A stretch of DNA of 63,968 nucleotides, filler included, from Squatina squatina (taxonomy: Eukaryota), in the NCBI GenBank assembly GCA_031763465.1. It is 16 parts of one record of this genome, joined end to end, with 100 filler letters (N's around TTAATTAATTAA, not from the genome) between each part and the next. Parts side by side here need not be neighbours in the genome. Positions count along the whole stretch, not along the records: positions 38,808 to 42,460 come from JARFOE010000001.1; positions 42,561 to 43,614 come from JARFOE010000001.1; positions 43,715 to 46,894 come from JARFOE010000001.1; positions 46,995 to 48,511 come from JARFOE010000001.1; positions 48,612 to 55,347 come from JARFOE010000001.1; 11 more parts are not named here. One strand, written 5' to 3'. The notes beneath the pieces are model-generated. The model was given only the letters and a program-made list of their open reading frames with translations, was not told the origin of the DNA and did no database searches. Shown in pieces: positions 38,708 to 52,755 of the stretch. The translations under genes were made by a program, and so were the position numbers. Position 1 is the first letter of the stretch, and each line of letters starts with the position of its first letter.

Positions 38708-39857
38708 NNNNNNNNNNNNNNNNNNNNNNNNNNNNNNNNNNNNNNNNNNNNTTAATTAATTAANNNNNNNNNNNNNNNNNNNNNNNNNNNNNNNNNNNNN
38801 NNNNNNNGGTTCACCACATGAAACAGTCTTAAAAATATGAAGGCCTTTATAATACTTTCTTTGTTCGGTGCAAGTCATTTGACATTTTTCCCTGCGCACT
38901 TTGAAGTGATATCTCATTACGCACACTGCTATTAATCTCAGTCTTGCAGTTTAAGGTATTAGTACGGTTCACTGGCAAACATGTCTGTTTTCTGGAAAGA
39001 GTGTCCTGAATTTCTTGACGTACTCCCAATCTTAAAGTGAGGCCTTATGTGAGGCTTTGGCTGCCACCTCGCAGAGGTCTGCAGGTGGCCTAATTCAAGG
39101 CTGTTGCCAAGGGTCCGAGCTACACAAAGCCATATTATTTTCCCATCAAAGAATATTTTTTTCTTTTAAAACAGTGGAAAATATTGCAAAATTCTGGGCT
39201 ATTTCACTCAGAGCCTTTTAAAAAAAAACTACCAATGATTTATGGTATGTTTGATGCTAATTTAAAATTGACCAAATATTTTTGTTTCACTACAGCGTGA
39301 CTGTGGCTATGAGTTATTTGGGAATCAGGGCCAAGGATCCTTGAGGGGGTCAGAAGCGATGGTGGGGGTCGGGAGGAGCTGGGAACCAAACGCACAGCTC
39401 AGGGGACCCTATATCATTATCAATAAGAAGCAGTTGGTTCAAATCCTGCCTGGATTTTCGTCTCTCTCCCTCTCTCCCAGGGTGAAAGCTTCCCTCTCGC
39501 TAACATTTCCAGATGTTCATCCCAGCCTCCTTTGCCTGCCTCAATTCAGCAGGGTACGAATACCGCAATTAATAGTCATAAATCATCTCTGAGAGAAAGA
39601 ATTTAAAAAAAAATCACTTCAGCTCAGCAGGGGAGTTTTTAGACTAACCCCCTGTAAAAGTCAGTGGGAAGCAGTAATATGTTAACAGAGTTAGCAGGAG
39701 TGATGTGATCCCTGAACCGATTACAAACCAGGGCTCCTTCTGAAAAAAAAACCCTGCCCCTTCTGAATAGAATATTTTAAACAGTTCCTCAATTTACCGA
39801 GGTGTGAATTTGAAGGTCATAAAATTGCAGCGCTATGGGGAGCACCCTGAACTACAT

Positions 39858-40270
39858 CAGCTCCCGGTTAAGCAACGCCTCGATTTTAAAACGCTCATCC
39901 TTCTCTTCAAATCCTTCCCTGGCCGCGCTCCTCCCTATCTCTGTAACCTCCTCCAGCACCACAACCCCCCCGGCCCCACCGAGATATCTGCGCTCCTCCA
40001 ATTCTGGCCTCTTGAGCATCCCTGATTTTAATCGCTCCACCATTGGCGGCCGTGCCTTCAGCTGGCTAGGCCCTAGGCCCTGAAATTCCCTCCCTAAACC
40101 TCTCCACCTCTCTCCCTCTCTTTCCTCCTTCAAGACGCTCCTTAAAATGTACCTCTTTGACCAAGCCTTTGGTCACCTGCCCTAATTTTGCTTGATAACG
40201 CTGCTGCGAAGCGCTTTGGAATGTTTAACTACATTAAGGCGCTATATGGATACAAGTTGCTGTTGTTGTT
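39858..40270 (+). mobile_element. L2-like LINE 3' end with (TTG)n tail
   Basis: LPVKQRLDFKTLILLFKS...APPYLCNLL and RYLRSSNSGLLSIP...IGGRAFS; tail aagcgctttgg...ggcgctatat...caagttgctgttgttg. Confidence 0.75.
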
Positions 40271-42898
40271 GGAATGGTACTAATTGGGTGGCTCTTTCAA
40301 AATTCTAGAAAATTGCTCTCCGACCGTCTCAGATGATCGAAACCAGTCCAGGAGATCACACGAGCCAAATATTATCTCAAAAGACACTTATCATCTACAT
40401 GATGTGATCTCTTCCACCAATGCAACTTGGATTTCTGTAGTGCCACAGTGTGATATAAATGGCTTTGAGACAAAAAGAAAGACTTGTATTTACACTGTGC
40501 TGTCACAGCCTCAGGACATCCCAAAACACGTTACAGCCAATTTCTTCTCTCAGAGGGTTGTGGATCTTTGGAATTCCTTGCCACAGAGAGCTGTGGAGGC
40601 TGAGTCTTTGAGTATATTTAAGGCTGAGATAGATAGATTTTNNNNNNNNNNNNNNNNNNNNNNNNNNNNNNNNNNNNNNNNNNNNNNNNNNNNNNNNNNN
40701 NNNNNNNNNNNNNNNNNNNNNNNNNNNNNNNNNNNNNNNNNTTGCTGTGTGAAAATTACGCTGTTTGCTACAGTGACCACATTTCAGAAGTATTTCATTG
40801 GCTATAAAGTGCTTTGGGACAAAGTAAGGTTGCAAAAGGCGCTATAGCGATGCCAGTTCTTTCTTTCTTCCTTCAAGCTGGCATTGCGATCGAGCGCACT
40901 GCGCATAAAGCAACATGAAGGGGTTAACGGCAGCTTGCAGAGCTGTGCAACGGTCGGCTCTGCTCAGCTGAAGCGATAATTCATACAAAGCGAGCGAGAG
41001 CGAAAAATGAAGAAAAAGGAACACCAGCCTCAAGAGGCACGTGCAAATTATCACTTAGCAGTCGGGCGAGAAATATTCTGGAATTAATTTAAAAGACGGC
41101 CTGAGATCGCAGGGACCATCCGCTGGGGGGTTGGGTGGAGAATTTATTGGAAAGGTTCGGAACAAAGAGAGGTCTCTCCGCTCGCTGTTGCCAGAAGGCT
41201 GCCGTATTTAACCGAGCTGGCGCTACGGGCCGCCATGTTTGAGCTCTGACAGGCGCGAGTCCCACAGCCTTCCCNNNNNNNNNNNNNNNNNNNNNNNNNN
41301 NNNNNNNNNNNNNNNNNNNNNNNNNNNNNNNNNNNNNNNNNNNNNNNNNNNNNNNNNNNNNNNNNNNNNNNNNNCTTCTTCCCTGCTGCAACCATTCTAT
41401 GATTCTACGATTCCAAATTGTTAGGTTAACAATACCCGTGGAACTAGCATTAATAAAATTAATCAGGCAAGGAAAATATTAGGCAGATGGGAGAAAAGGA
41501 ATCCCGAGGATAATTTTTGAACACTATTATCCAATGGGGTTCAAACCTTGAAGACTTGGCGCTAAATTGTTTACATTTTTTTTCGAGCTGTTTTTAATAA
41601 TCGGCTTTTAATTCTATCAATTGAAATATTCAGGGAGGAAGCAGAAATAAATGCGAGGGCAAACAGCATGCCCTAATTTAACAGGCAGGCTCGGTAACTG
41701 GTTATAGGCCTACAGATGAGGCCTGTGAGAGTAGTGTGCGCACCTGCCGTTCTTTGTGTCTCTCAGCCTCCCACCACCCAAGGGAGCGCCTGGGCCTGCT
41801 TGCAAATGAAGAGAACAGGCTGCTCCCTACAGAGGGCTATCAGAAGCTTCGGATGTTGATTAGTGGGCCGGTGTTGGAAAATAATTGAACAAATTAACAA
41901 GGAACCGTGCCAGGGAGCCCTTGGAGTATATTCTTGTCGGGCTCAGAGGATCGAGGAAGTCCCCCACCTGCTGTGGAAACAGAGAGGCCTCGGTCTCTGA
42001 GCACAATCTCTGTCAGGTTAATGTTTATTTTCTAGTGAGCCAGCCACCTGTGATCTTGCAGAGGCTAAAAACACGGGGATTTTTCTTGTNNNNNNNNNNT
42101 GTGCTGTGTTCGCTGCTTTCTGGACTTGTTAAAGGAGTCTTCTCCTCGCCATGGTTTTTTCACATTTACATCCACTCCCAGCTGTGGTGTCTCCTAACCC
42201 AGGCGGGGCTGGCGCACTAATGGATTTTATAAAGCGTTCGCTGACTCGCTGGGGTGGGAGGAGGGGCGCTATCGCCTCCCGGAGTTGGCGGAGGTGCGAA
42301 AACGGTAGCACCGCGCCCTCTTGGTTTAGCGTCCCGGGCCGCTGCGCCTCCAGCGACGATCCCTTTGCACCCCGCGGTGGGCGATGCGGGTCACGGCCCG
42401 GACCGGTCGCCACGTCGCGGTGCCGAACATTCAAGGGGAGGAGGTACGCTTGCCGGCCGGNNNNNNNNNNNNNNNNNNNNNNNNNNNNNNNNNNNNNNNN
42501 NNNNTTAATTAATTAANNNNNNNNNNNNNNNNNNNNNNNNNNNNNNNNNNNNNNNNNNNNTGATGCTTCTCTCTCTCTCCTCTCTCTCTCCTCTTGTTTT
42601 CTTTCTTTCTAATCAATCACCGGGTGTTAATGTAATTCAGCAGCTGGTCGGAGCTGCTAACGAGGTAACACACTTCCATTTTCTCGACTCTAAATGGAGC
42701 ATCTGATGCCTGAAGAGCCAAGCTCTGATGATCAAACACACAGTCTCACCAGTAACAGTTACAGCTCCGAACCCAATGCGTCGTGTGAGGCGTTTGTAAA
42801 TTCTAATTAAACTTTTAAAGTAGTAACAGATTACAGTTCGAGAAGAAAAACACACAGTCCAGAACACTGAAGCCAAAGTTGAGCCGTTGGCATCTGAC

Positions 42899-43074
42899 TG
42901 AGGGAGTCTCACTGTCAGGATCCCTTAAAAATAAAGAGGGAGTCTCACTGCCAGGACCCCTTATAAAGAGGAAATCTCACTGTCAAGACCCCTTATAAAG
43001 AGGGAGTCTCACTGTCAAGACCCCTTATAAAGAGGGAGTCTCATTGTCAGGATCCCTTATAAAGAGGGAGTCAG
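42899..43074. repeat. About 32-bp minisatellite, about 5 copies
   Basis: Unit agagggagtctcactgtcaagaccccttataa. Confidence 0.9.
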
Positions 43075-43089
43075 TTACAGGGTGGAGGG

Positions 43090-43410
43090 GTTACTGAGTG
43101 ACGGTGTGAGGGAGGTGGATTAACATTCGCTGAGATACTGTCAGTAACACAGGGCATTGGGGGAAGGGTAACTGAGTTACAGTGTGAGGGAGCTGGATTA
43201 ACATCAATAGAAATACAGTCAGTGACACAGGAGCCTGGGGGAAGGGTAACTGAGTTACAGTGTGAGGGAGCTGGATTAACATCAATAGAGATACAGTCAG
43301 TGACACAGGAGCCTGGGGGGAGAGAGTTACTGAGTTACAGTGTGAGGGAGCCTGATTAACATCAGAGATTAGAGATACAGTCAGTGACACAGGGCATTGG
43401 GGGAGGGATT
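43090..43410. repeat. About 78-bp minisatellite, about 4 copies
   Basis: Unit actgagttacagtgtgagggagctggattaacatcaatagagatacagtcagtgacacaggagcctgggggaagggta. Confidence 0.9.
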
Positions 43411-43460
43411 AATAGAGCTCCCTCATAATGTCCCTTAGCGGGGTGGGAACCAGAACTCCG

Positions 43461-43614
43461 GTGAGAGTCAGCACCTTCAGGAGAGGAGGGGACCTGAACC
43501 CCAGGGAGAGTCAGCACCTTCAGGAGAGGAGGGGACCCTGAACCCCAGGGAGGGTCAGCACCTTCAGGAGAGGAGGGGACCTGAACCCCAGTGAGAGTCA
43601 GCACCTTCAGGAGA
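43461..43614. repeat. About 43-bp minisatellite running into a scaffold join
   Basis: Unit gagagtcagcaccttcaggagaggaggggacctgaaccccag. Confidence 0.9.
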
Positions 43615-44058
43615 NNNNNNNNNNNNNNNNNNNNNNNNNNNNNNNNNNNNNNNNNNNNTTAATTAATTAANNNNNNNNNNNNNNNNNNNNNNNNNNNNNN
43701 NNNNNNNNNNNNNNCACCTTTTTGAAGGGAAAAATTGGAACAATATTTGAAGCAGAGGAAGATACAGTGCATTAAGGAGAGTGTGGGCCAGTGGGCTTAG
43801 TTTTTAATTGCTCTCGTAGACCTGATCGGCCAAGTGTCCTAGTGGTGTGAATTTCTGTGGTTCTATGTGGGCATTGGGAACAGATCTAGTTCTGGTACCT
43901 TTTTTCATAGTTGAAAAGCCTGCAGGCACTCAAATCACCAGAGGGGCTGTATCTTCTGAAGGGGAGAAAAGAGGAGGATCTGAATGTGTGTGAATTTTCA
44001 AAACCACCATCTCCACTCTACTTGCAATGCACAGTGTTTTTTCTTTCCTTCCCCAGCA

Positions 44059-44480
44059 GGGTCAGCTTGGCTCAGTTGTTAACAATCATGCCTCCAAGTC
44101 AGAAGCTTGTAAGTTCAAACCGCACTCCAGCCCAGAAGTGCATGATCTAGGCTGTCACTCCAAAGCCGCACTGAGGGAGAGCTGCCTTCCTGGGGGTGTC
44201 ATCCTTGGGACGACACTTTTAAATTGAAGCCCTTTGGGTGTTAAATATTCCGTGACACTATTTGAAGAATGAGTTTTCCCAGTGCCCTAGCTAACATTCT
44301 TACCTCCGTCATCACCTAAACAGATTAACTGGTCATTTATCTCATTGCTGTTTGTGGGATCTTGTTATGTACAATATGGTTTGTTGCACTGCCCTATATA
44401 ACAGTTGAAAAACGTAATTCATTGTTTGTGAAGTGCTTTAAGATGTTTTTGAGAGGAATGAGAAGGTGGCATGTAAAAAA
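44059..44480 (+). mobile_element. Near full-length Deu-type SINE
   Basis: tRNA-like head gggtcagcttggctcagttg...gttcaaacc, body and tail motifs as at 1180-1825. Further fragments near 1-190, 6250-6470, 11450-11615, 21700-21861, 49621-49740, 55195-55347 and 63815-63915. Confidence 0.75.
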
Positions 44481-47400
44481 AGTCTGGCTTTCTCCTGGAC
44501 AGCAGCATAAATGGATGAACCAACGAATGGATTGTGCTCCACACACCAAGTTCTAACTCCGGAGATCAGACTGTGTGGAAGAGTGCAAGTGATTGCAGCT
44601 CACTAAACCTGATGGCCCACTGGGTCTGATTTATTCAAGTAGTTAGTTAAGTAGACCTGTGTTATTCACCTGTTTGAGGAGAGGCCGGGGATGTAATTAT
44701 AATTGAATTTTCAGAAGACATTTGCAACGGTTCCTGCCTGAGGCATCTGAACAAGGTAAAGGCTCAAGGAATTAATGACAGATTAGCCAGCTGTGTTAAA
44801 AATGGGCTTGGTCACATATCAGACGGATATGAGAAGCGTGTTAGACTTTACACTGGGGAGCAGTGACTAGTGAAAGATCACAGCATCTCTTCGGGGATCC
44901 TTATCTCTTTACTCTGTCTCCTAAAAGGTATGAAAATGAGGGCACGTGGCATATTTAATCACAGGAGCCCAACCAGGTTCACTCTGCTGAGTTGGTTGAT
45001 CTCCACGACCGCAGCAGGAGTGACACCTTACTTGACCTTTTGTGCCCTTGAACTCGGGAAGATGAAAACAAAAATCAGCCACGGTTCCTGCACCTGATCT
45101 TGATCTCCGTTTAGTGTGTGACCACAGTGCGAAGAACACGGGTGAGGAGAGGATCAGGCTTGAGTGCGATGCCCTACTGTGTTGAATATTGTCGAGATTT
45201 GCATGTGAATAATGGTCCCTTGAGCAAGATACCAGAGGGCTAACTGTGCCCTTAGAACCAGTTTTAAACCAGTAAGAGTCAATTCCCACCTGAGGAGCTT
45301 CCTCCCTTCCTTTTCAGCCTTGGCTGAACTGAAATGCAAAACCAATCAACAGTTTTCTCCCTTTTCACCTTGCATTTGTCATGGTTATTTTATCTGCTTG
45401 TCTAATCCCATGTGGTTGCTTGCACCTCTTCTGAATCCACTGATTAGTAGTGCCTGATCTACCCAACCAAAGTTAGCGTCGACACAAGGATTTCAGTAAA
45501 ACATGATGATGGGCAAGTGAATGTTTTGTACCTTGTCCACTTCCACTGTGGAAAAACAGGTATATAAAAAAAAAGGGAGCTGGGTGAGCCCTTACATACA
45601 TTGTACCAGATAAGACCCAGACATCAGCAAAGGTTTTCCTCTGTATACATGACCAGTATTTATAATGGACAGAATTTTCTAATAAATACAGCGTCCAAAC
45701 ATAAATCCTTTTCTTTTGGACTACCTTCAGCTTCTTAGTCCTACGATTGAGCAAAATGGGCCTACATTCTCTGGAATTTGGAAGAATGAGAGGTGAACTC
45801 ATTGAAACGTATAAGATTTTGAGGGGGATTGACAGGGTAGAAACATAGAAAATAGGTGCAGGAGTAGGCCATTAGGCCCTTCGAGCCTGCACCGCCATTC
45901 AATATGATCATGNNNNNNNNNNNNNNNNNNNNNNNNNNNNNNNNNNNNNNNNNNNNNNNNNNNNNNNNNNNNNNNNNNNNNNNNNNNNNNNNNNNNNNNN
46001 NNNNNNNNNNNNNNNNNNNNNNNNNNNNNNNNNNNNNNNNNNNNNNNNNNNNNNNNNNNNNNNNNNNNNNNNNNNNNNNNNNNNNNNNNNNNNNNNNNNN
46101 NNNNNNNNNNNNNNNNNNNNNNNNNNNNNNNNNNNNNNNNNNNNNNNNNNNNNNNNNNNNNNNNNNNNNNNNNNNNNNNNNNNNNNNNNNNNNNNNNNNN
46201 NNNNNNNNNNNNNNNNNNNNNNNNNNNNNNNNNNNNNNNNNNNNNNNNNNNNNNNNNNNNNNNNNNNNNNNNNNNNNNNNNNNNNNNNNNNNNNNNNNNN
46301 NNNNNNNNNATGTATAAATATAAGCACCTTTACCTTTAATTTACGTGGCAATTTATTTGAACAAAGATTCCGCCTTGCCCAGCAATCGGTAGCTTTTAAA
46401 TAAAAGGAGTGGGTTTTTTTTCAAAGCGCTAGGAATGGGAACCTGCTGTCCTTAGAGTAGCAGAATGTCTCACTGCACACTCGCTGTCCTGTCATTATCT
46501 AAAAGTATACACCCGTAATCAGCAAACCTCTGCTTCCGACTGCAAATCACAAGCGCTGTCTCTGTCTGCAGTTCTGCCCATGGAAACCTGTTCTTTGCAG
46601 GTTCACCCTGTTCTGCCTCCTTCCTCCACCCACCCCCCCAGCCCTCAGATGCCAAGTTGCTACTTAAAGCGTGATCCGTACCACATTTGAAGAACACCTG
46701 AATTTATAGAAAATAGAAATTTTGAAATGCCGAACCTGCAGTGTCATGACGGTGTCTCTGGTTAACCTGAGAAATAGCTGATTATGCTGTGCAATGCAGA
46801 TGGAAGCCCTTCTGATTTTTGTTTTTACTGCCTATGAGTATTGTCCAGAAACCATTGACCAAAACACTTCGGTTTATTTCTCTGCCCCTTGTTGNNNNNN
46901 NNNNNNNNNNNNNNNNNNNNNNNNNNNNNNNNNNNNNNTTAATTAATTAANNNNNNNNNNNNNNNNNNNNNNNNNNNNNNNNNNNNNNNNNNNNAGGCAG
47001 AGCAAGGTCAGGAATCCGACTGTTAACACTAACTTCCCACCTGACCCCCAACCCTGCCTGTTTTTTGGGGGTTGAAATTCCCCCCCCAATATCTTATGCT
47101 GTTAATTTGATCCATCTGTCAATTAAGATGCTGGGTCAAGTTTGAGCCAAATATGAGGGTAGACCAATTTCACGCCCGCCTAAAAGTGTTGACGACTACA
47201 AAATAATGCCAAATGGCAGCATTGTTTTCTGCTTAATGGTTTCTTTTTTAGCGCTGAACCTACTATAATGGGGTTCTCAGTGGCAGGAACACAGGCTTGC
47301 TGAAAAAATATTCAGCGGGTTTATATTTGCCTCATTCACATTTATTACATCCCACTCATTGCTGCAGCTGAGCTGCGGCCCAGCAACATGTAACTTCTAT

Positions 47401-50400
47401 TTAGCTGACCTTTCCGATTGTCACCGGCGCCGTTCTTTTTCACCGTGGGGACTCTAAACCGCTTGGAGTGAGTCAAAATTGCCTTGCTCACACACTGCAC
47501 TGGAGATTCCTGCTTCCCCCAACTCTGAGACCCGACTTAGCCCTGAAGGTCAGAACATCCTGAAAGTACTGGCCTCCAGGAGAGCGAAAGTGAAAGCAAT
47601 GGGAGTCCAGGCTAGGGAATCAGCCTGGAACCTTGAAGTTTCTTTTTAATTGATGGATTGGCCCCATATAACAGGTGGCCGGGGTGGTGTGGGGACTGAC
47701 AACCACCCCCCCCTCCACCACTCCCCCGCCCATTGTGGTAAGCCACCCTCCCACTTACCCCACACACTTAGGGCAGCGTCAGTGTTGGAGTATGCCAGTA
47801 CGCACAATAGTCTGGTTTGTGACCTGCAGATTTTCAAGGAAAATGCCTTGGCCTTCCGCAGGTCTTTTGCCACGTGAAGGAATTCCAAAGAAACAAAGGC
47901 AGGAAACATTGCATAGAGCTTGAATCCTTGTGGATAGGGGAAAAAACAATTTCTGTTGATCATGTAGCGGTCCACGTCACAGTTCTTTTGAAGGCTCGAA
48001 ATCTACCGTTCTGGCCGCAAGCCAGCTTCCAAGGGATTTGAATGTGGTTTCTGTATCCTATAATAACATTGCCTTTGATCTGACTGATGTAAGAAGACAT
48101 TGATGTGATGCATTCTTTAACAACTGGAATTTTTTTTGTTAATTCTCAAGGCTCTCCATTACTTTTTGTAAAAAAAAAGGAAAGCGTCATTAATTTACTT
48201 ATTCAGGTGAGTGATGACCATATTAGGGAATGGAATGCCTTTTGTCTCCTTGCACCCAGTGACGAGAGTTTTGTTGGGTCAGGTATAACACAGGCCACAA
48301 TGAATTGCAAACCAGCTTCTAAACTCCGAAAGTAACGTTTTTTTAAAAATAAATTAGTGAGAAACCTGGTTGAAAGGCTAAGGGCAGTGGTGCAGAGCAC
48401 CATCAAGGTTGAAAAGTGCAGCGGAGAATATAGTTTATTGATGCTAAGCTTGAGTTTTAAAAGGCTGAAGATTGTAATAGGGAGGGAGATGAGCTGCAAA
48501 GTTTTGAGTTGNNNNNNNNNNNNNNNNNNNNNNNNNNNNNNNNNNNNNNNNNNNNTTAATTAATTAANNNNNNNNNNNNNNNNNNNNNNNNNNNNNNNNN
48601 NNNNNNNNNNNTGTTGGACTATGTCGGTGGAGGCAATTTCTCTGCTGATTCAAGCATGAATAATTTAAGTTGTGCTCCAGATCTTCTTTTTCTTATATCA
48701 TTTGCTAGTGAAAAAAGCCCTTCAATGTAACCTCTCAGCCACTTCCTGTAGGGGCCGTGAGGCCCAGTTCCCCAGTCTTTCACTCGTAACTCATCCTCTG
48801 ACGCTGGGGATCGGTCTCATGGCTGTGCTCAACACTACCTTCAGGGCTTGAATGCCTCCCTTGTGAACTGTCTTGGTGATCAGAACTCGAGATGTAGTCT
48901 ATGCAGAGCACTGTGCAGTTTAAACATGACTTACTTCCCCTATCTTGTCGTCTACTGTTTAGCCTCTTGTAAATTCAGCATTCAGTTTGCTTGTATAATA
49001 TATAATTGAATAATATATTCAATTTGCTTTGTTGGTTGCTGCGCAGTAATTGGACATGCCGATGCCTTGATCTCTGAACTCCACTCTTAGCTGTATCAAC
49101 GCAATTCAGTGTAGAAACGTCACAATATTTATTGCCTACATGTCGTATTTTATGCCAGTGAATTTTGGTGATGTGGTGCTTGTTTCGATGTTAACAGCAT
49201 TATCTTTGTTTGCAGGTAATTGGACAGCTGTGGGTCTGGGGACAGACACTGAAGCAGGCGAAATGAAGGATGCTTGAAAGCTGCCGATGAGTTTTTCTAA
49301 TGGATCGTTTACCATTTCAGAGAAATTGGTGGCGTTTCTTTTTCCTAAAAGATGTTTATTTTCTTGTCAGGTCTTCTGCTAAGCGTATTTTGTTTCGAGC
49401 TGCCAGCCTGGAAACACCAGTGTTTTTACGTTGAAAAGTCTGTTGCCAGCCATAGTGTAGGGCCTGATAGGTGGAAAGCCAACGCAAACATTGCCTGGGT
49501 TGAGCCCGTTAGCAACAAATNNNNNNNNNNNNNNNNNNNNNNNNNNNNNNNNNNNNNNNNNNNNNNNNNNNNNNNNNNNNNNNNNNNNNNNNNNNNNNNN
49601 NNNNNNNNNNNNNNNNNNNNCTGCACTTGGAGTGTCAACTTAGATTTTGTGCTCAAAAGTCTCTCGAGCGGGACCTGAACCTATAGCCTTTTGACTCGCA
49701 GGCGAGAGTGCATCCCACTGAGCCGAGGCTGACACCTGAGAAGGAAGGACATTGAAGAAAGAAAACACAGTAACAGGCTCTCACAATGGTCCTTTCATCT
49801 TGCACAGTCTTTCCCCCAGTTCCTGCTTTCCTCTTTCTTTAAACCGTTCAGTTTGTTTTTTTTCCCCTCTGATTATTGTCTGCTGTCAAGTGCCAAACAT
49901 CCACTAATGGTTATAAGATTGGGCTGTTAAAAGATAAGCCTCTTCTTATAGGATAACAACAGTTACAATGCAGGGAGTCCTCTGAGCCAGTCCAGCAGCT
50001 AGCCACAACCTGCAACTCCCTGTGTTTAATGGCTGGGCCCAATCCATTATACCTGTCTAACACCTCCTTTATATATTAAAAAAACGCGTTGCTTTGTTCT
50101 GACAATACACAAATAACCACAGGATGAAGCCCTGTAATCACCTCAGTACATGCCTCGGGCAAATTTTATACCAAAGAAGTATCACAAAGTTCTTAAGCCT
50201 TCTGTCTGGTTTCTCCTTTTTTTTCCATCAATTTACAGATGTTAGTTTGTAAACCAGACACTGCGATGAAAGTTGGCAGTGGGCAGCTTGCCAGGGACTT
50301 GAAAGGGTGAAGTCAATCCAAAGGAAACAGTTTGACTTTATTTTCCACGAGGCTCCTGTGATAGCTCGACTGGAGCATGCGTTGCCCACATAATGCCTCG

Positions 50401-50402
50401 CG

Positions 50403-50672
50403 AGTGCCACTTTGACGCAGTACCGGGTTCAGTACCACTTTGATGCAGTACCGGGTTCAGTACCACTTTGATGCAGTACCGGGTTCAGTACCACTTTCAT
50501 ACAGTGCCGGGTGCAGTGCCACTTTTATACAGTACCGGGTTCAGTACCACTTTTATACAGTACCGGGTTCAGTACCACTTTTATACAGTACCGGGTTCAG
50601 TACCACTTTCATACAGTACCGGGTTCAGTACCACTTTCATACAGTGCCGGGTGCAGTGCCACTTTTATACAG
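50403..50672. repeat. 28-bp minisatellite, 9 or more copies, truncated by gap
   Basis: Unit cagtaccgggttcagtaccacttt(gatg/cata/tata). Confidence 0.92.
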
Positions 50673-51614
50673 NNNNNNNNNNNNNNNNNNNNNNNNNNNN
50701 NNNNNNNNNNNNNNNNNNNNNNNNNNNNNNNNNNNNNNNNNNNNNNNNNNNNNNNNNNNNNNNNNNNNNNNNATCGAAAGAAAAATGAATGCAGTGTGCT
50801 ATGCCTGTGTGTGAGTAACTCACAATGGGGAATGAATACAGGGTCCACGGAAGCAACACCTTGAGATTATTAGAATGGTTGATTGCAAATGAGGGACTGA
50901 TTCCACATAGTTCGCTTCAGAGCAAACGTTTGTAATCTCTCGCTAAATAGTCAATAAAACAAAGCTGCTGCCCATCTCGTTTGCACTTAACATTACAAAG
51001 CTGAGAAGAGGGTGGGTTGCTTTAAATTAATATGTAGATGGCGTTGTGCATTATTCAGGTATCTGCTACATTTCAGTATCGTCTGCGGAGACCCAGTACA
51101 CAAAGATCTGATTTTCTTAAAGGGACAGCGCACTGTCAAGTTGTACAATAGCAAAAAAAGACAGCAGCAGGGGAAGTGGCATCGAATCAGCCAAGAGCAA
51201 AGTTTAAAATGATTATTATTTACTAAGAATTAAAGCAGATTGGAATGATGTTTAAATACTGAGACGTGCATTTTTAATTTTTAAATGCTGTTTATTTAAA
51301 GAGTAAAGACTGGAATACACTGCGTGTGAAATTAGTGAGCATTTAACATGTTCATATATTTTTCTGTCTGTCATTTCAACTGAGTTTTTAATCAATTCAA
51401 AACAGCCGACAGAGGATTTAATATCAACCCAACGTTGGCTAACCTCACCAGCAGTAATTCTAGCCTTACATTGTTTGAAACAGTTCTTATTTCAGGTTTA
51501 ACCTGCATCCACGCTTAATCTTTTGATCTTCCTGTAAATAGTTTTTAAGTTATCTAAAATAATTGAAAATTGAGATCTCTGTTGACAGCTGCTGTAGTTA
51601 TTACCATTTAAATG

Positions 51615-51862
51615 AAACACAGACACGTATACACACACAGTCACAGATGAGCACACAAACACATGCACACACATACATAGATACATGCACAGACACGCAC
51701 ACAGATACACGCACACACAGATACAGACACATGCACACGGACACACACACACACAGATACATGCACAGATACACACATACACACTCACATGCACACACAG
51801 ACACAGATATGCACAGACACATACACAGACACACACACAGACAGCCACACAGACATGTACAG

Positions 51863-51898
<36 letters not shown>

Positions 51899-51975
51899 TG
51901 ACACATACAGATACATGCACACACACAGATACGGTCATGCACATGCACACACAGACACACACACACACACAGACT
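51615..51975. repeat. Degenerate (CA)n microsatellite
   Basis: Visible acacacag/acatgcac runs; a similar tract lies at 57284-57430. Confidence 0.92.
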
Positions 51976-52077
51976 NNNNNNNNNNNNNNNNNNNNNNNNN
52001 NNNNNNNNNNNNNNNNNNNNNNNNNNNNNNNNNNNNNNNNNNNNNNNNNNNNNNNNNNNNNNNNNNNNNNNNNNNAT

Positions 52078-52245
<168 letters not shown>

Positions 52246-52261
52246 TAACATTAAAAGGAAT

Positions 52262-52755
52262 GAATCATAGAATGGTTACAGCACAGAAGAAGGCCATTCG
52301 GCCCTTCAAGCCTGTGCCGACTCTCAGCTAGTCCTTTCTCCATAGCCCTGAAATTGTTTTTCCTTTAGTTACTTATCCAATTCCCTTTTGAAAGATAAGA
52401 TTGAATCTGCCTCCATCACCCTCTCAGGCAGTGCATTCCAGATCCTAACCACTCACTGCGTAAAAATGTTGTTTTCTTGTGTTACCTTTGGTTCTTTGGC
52501 CAATCACCTTAAATCTGTGTCCTCTGGTTCTCGACCCTTCTGCCAATGGGAATAGTTTCTCTCTACTCTGTCCAAACCCCTCATGATTTTGAACACCTCT
52601 ATCAAATGTCCTCTCAATCCTCAGCTTCTCCAGTCTATCCATGTAGTCTCTCAATGAATGAAGTCCCTCATTCCTGGAATCACTCTCGTAAATTTTTTCT
52701 GCAGCCTCTCTAAGGCCTTCACATCCTTCCTAAAGTGCGGTGCCCAGAATTGGAC
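52262..52755 (-). mobile_element. CR1-type LINE 3' end in a PCGF1 intron
   Basis: REKLFPLAEGSRTRGHRFKVIG; near-identical in places to 33660-34072. Confidence 0.85.

Noticed and set aside
42170..42460. CpG-island promoter or coding exon
   Set aside because: No splice or protein evidence; similar CpG-rich stubs end other contigs (25212-25370, 41050-41274, 54200-54320), suggesting a repeat class.
38808..50400. TLX2 or neuropeptide (OXT/AVP/GNRH2) exons expected from synteny
   Set aside because: No homeobox, CYIQNCP-like or QHWSHGW-like coding sequence spotted; absence is uninformative given the gaps.
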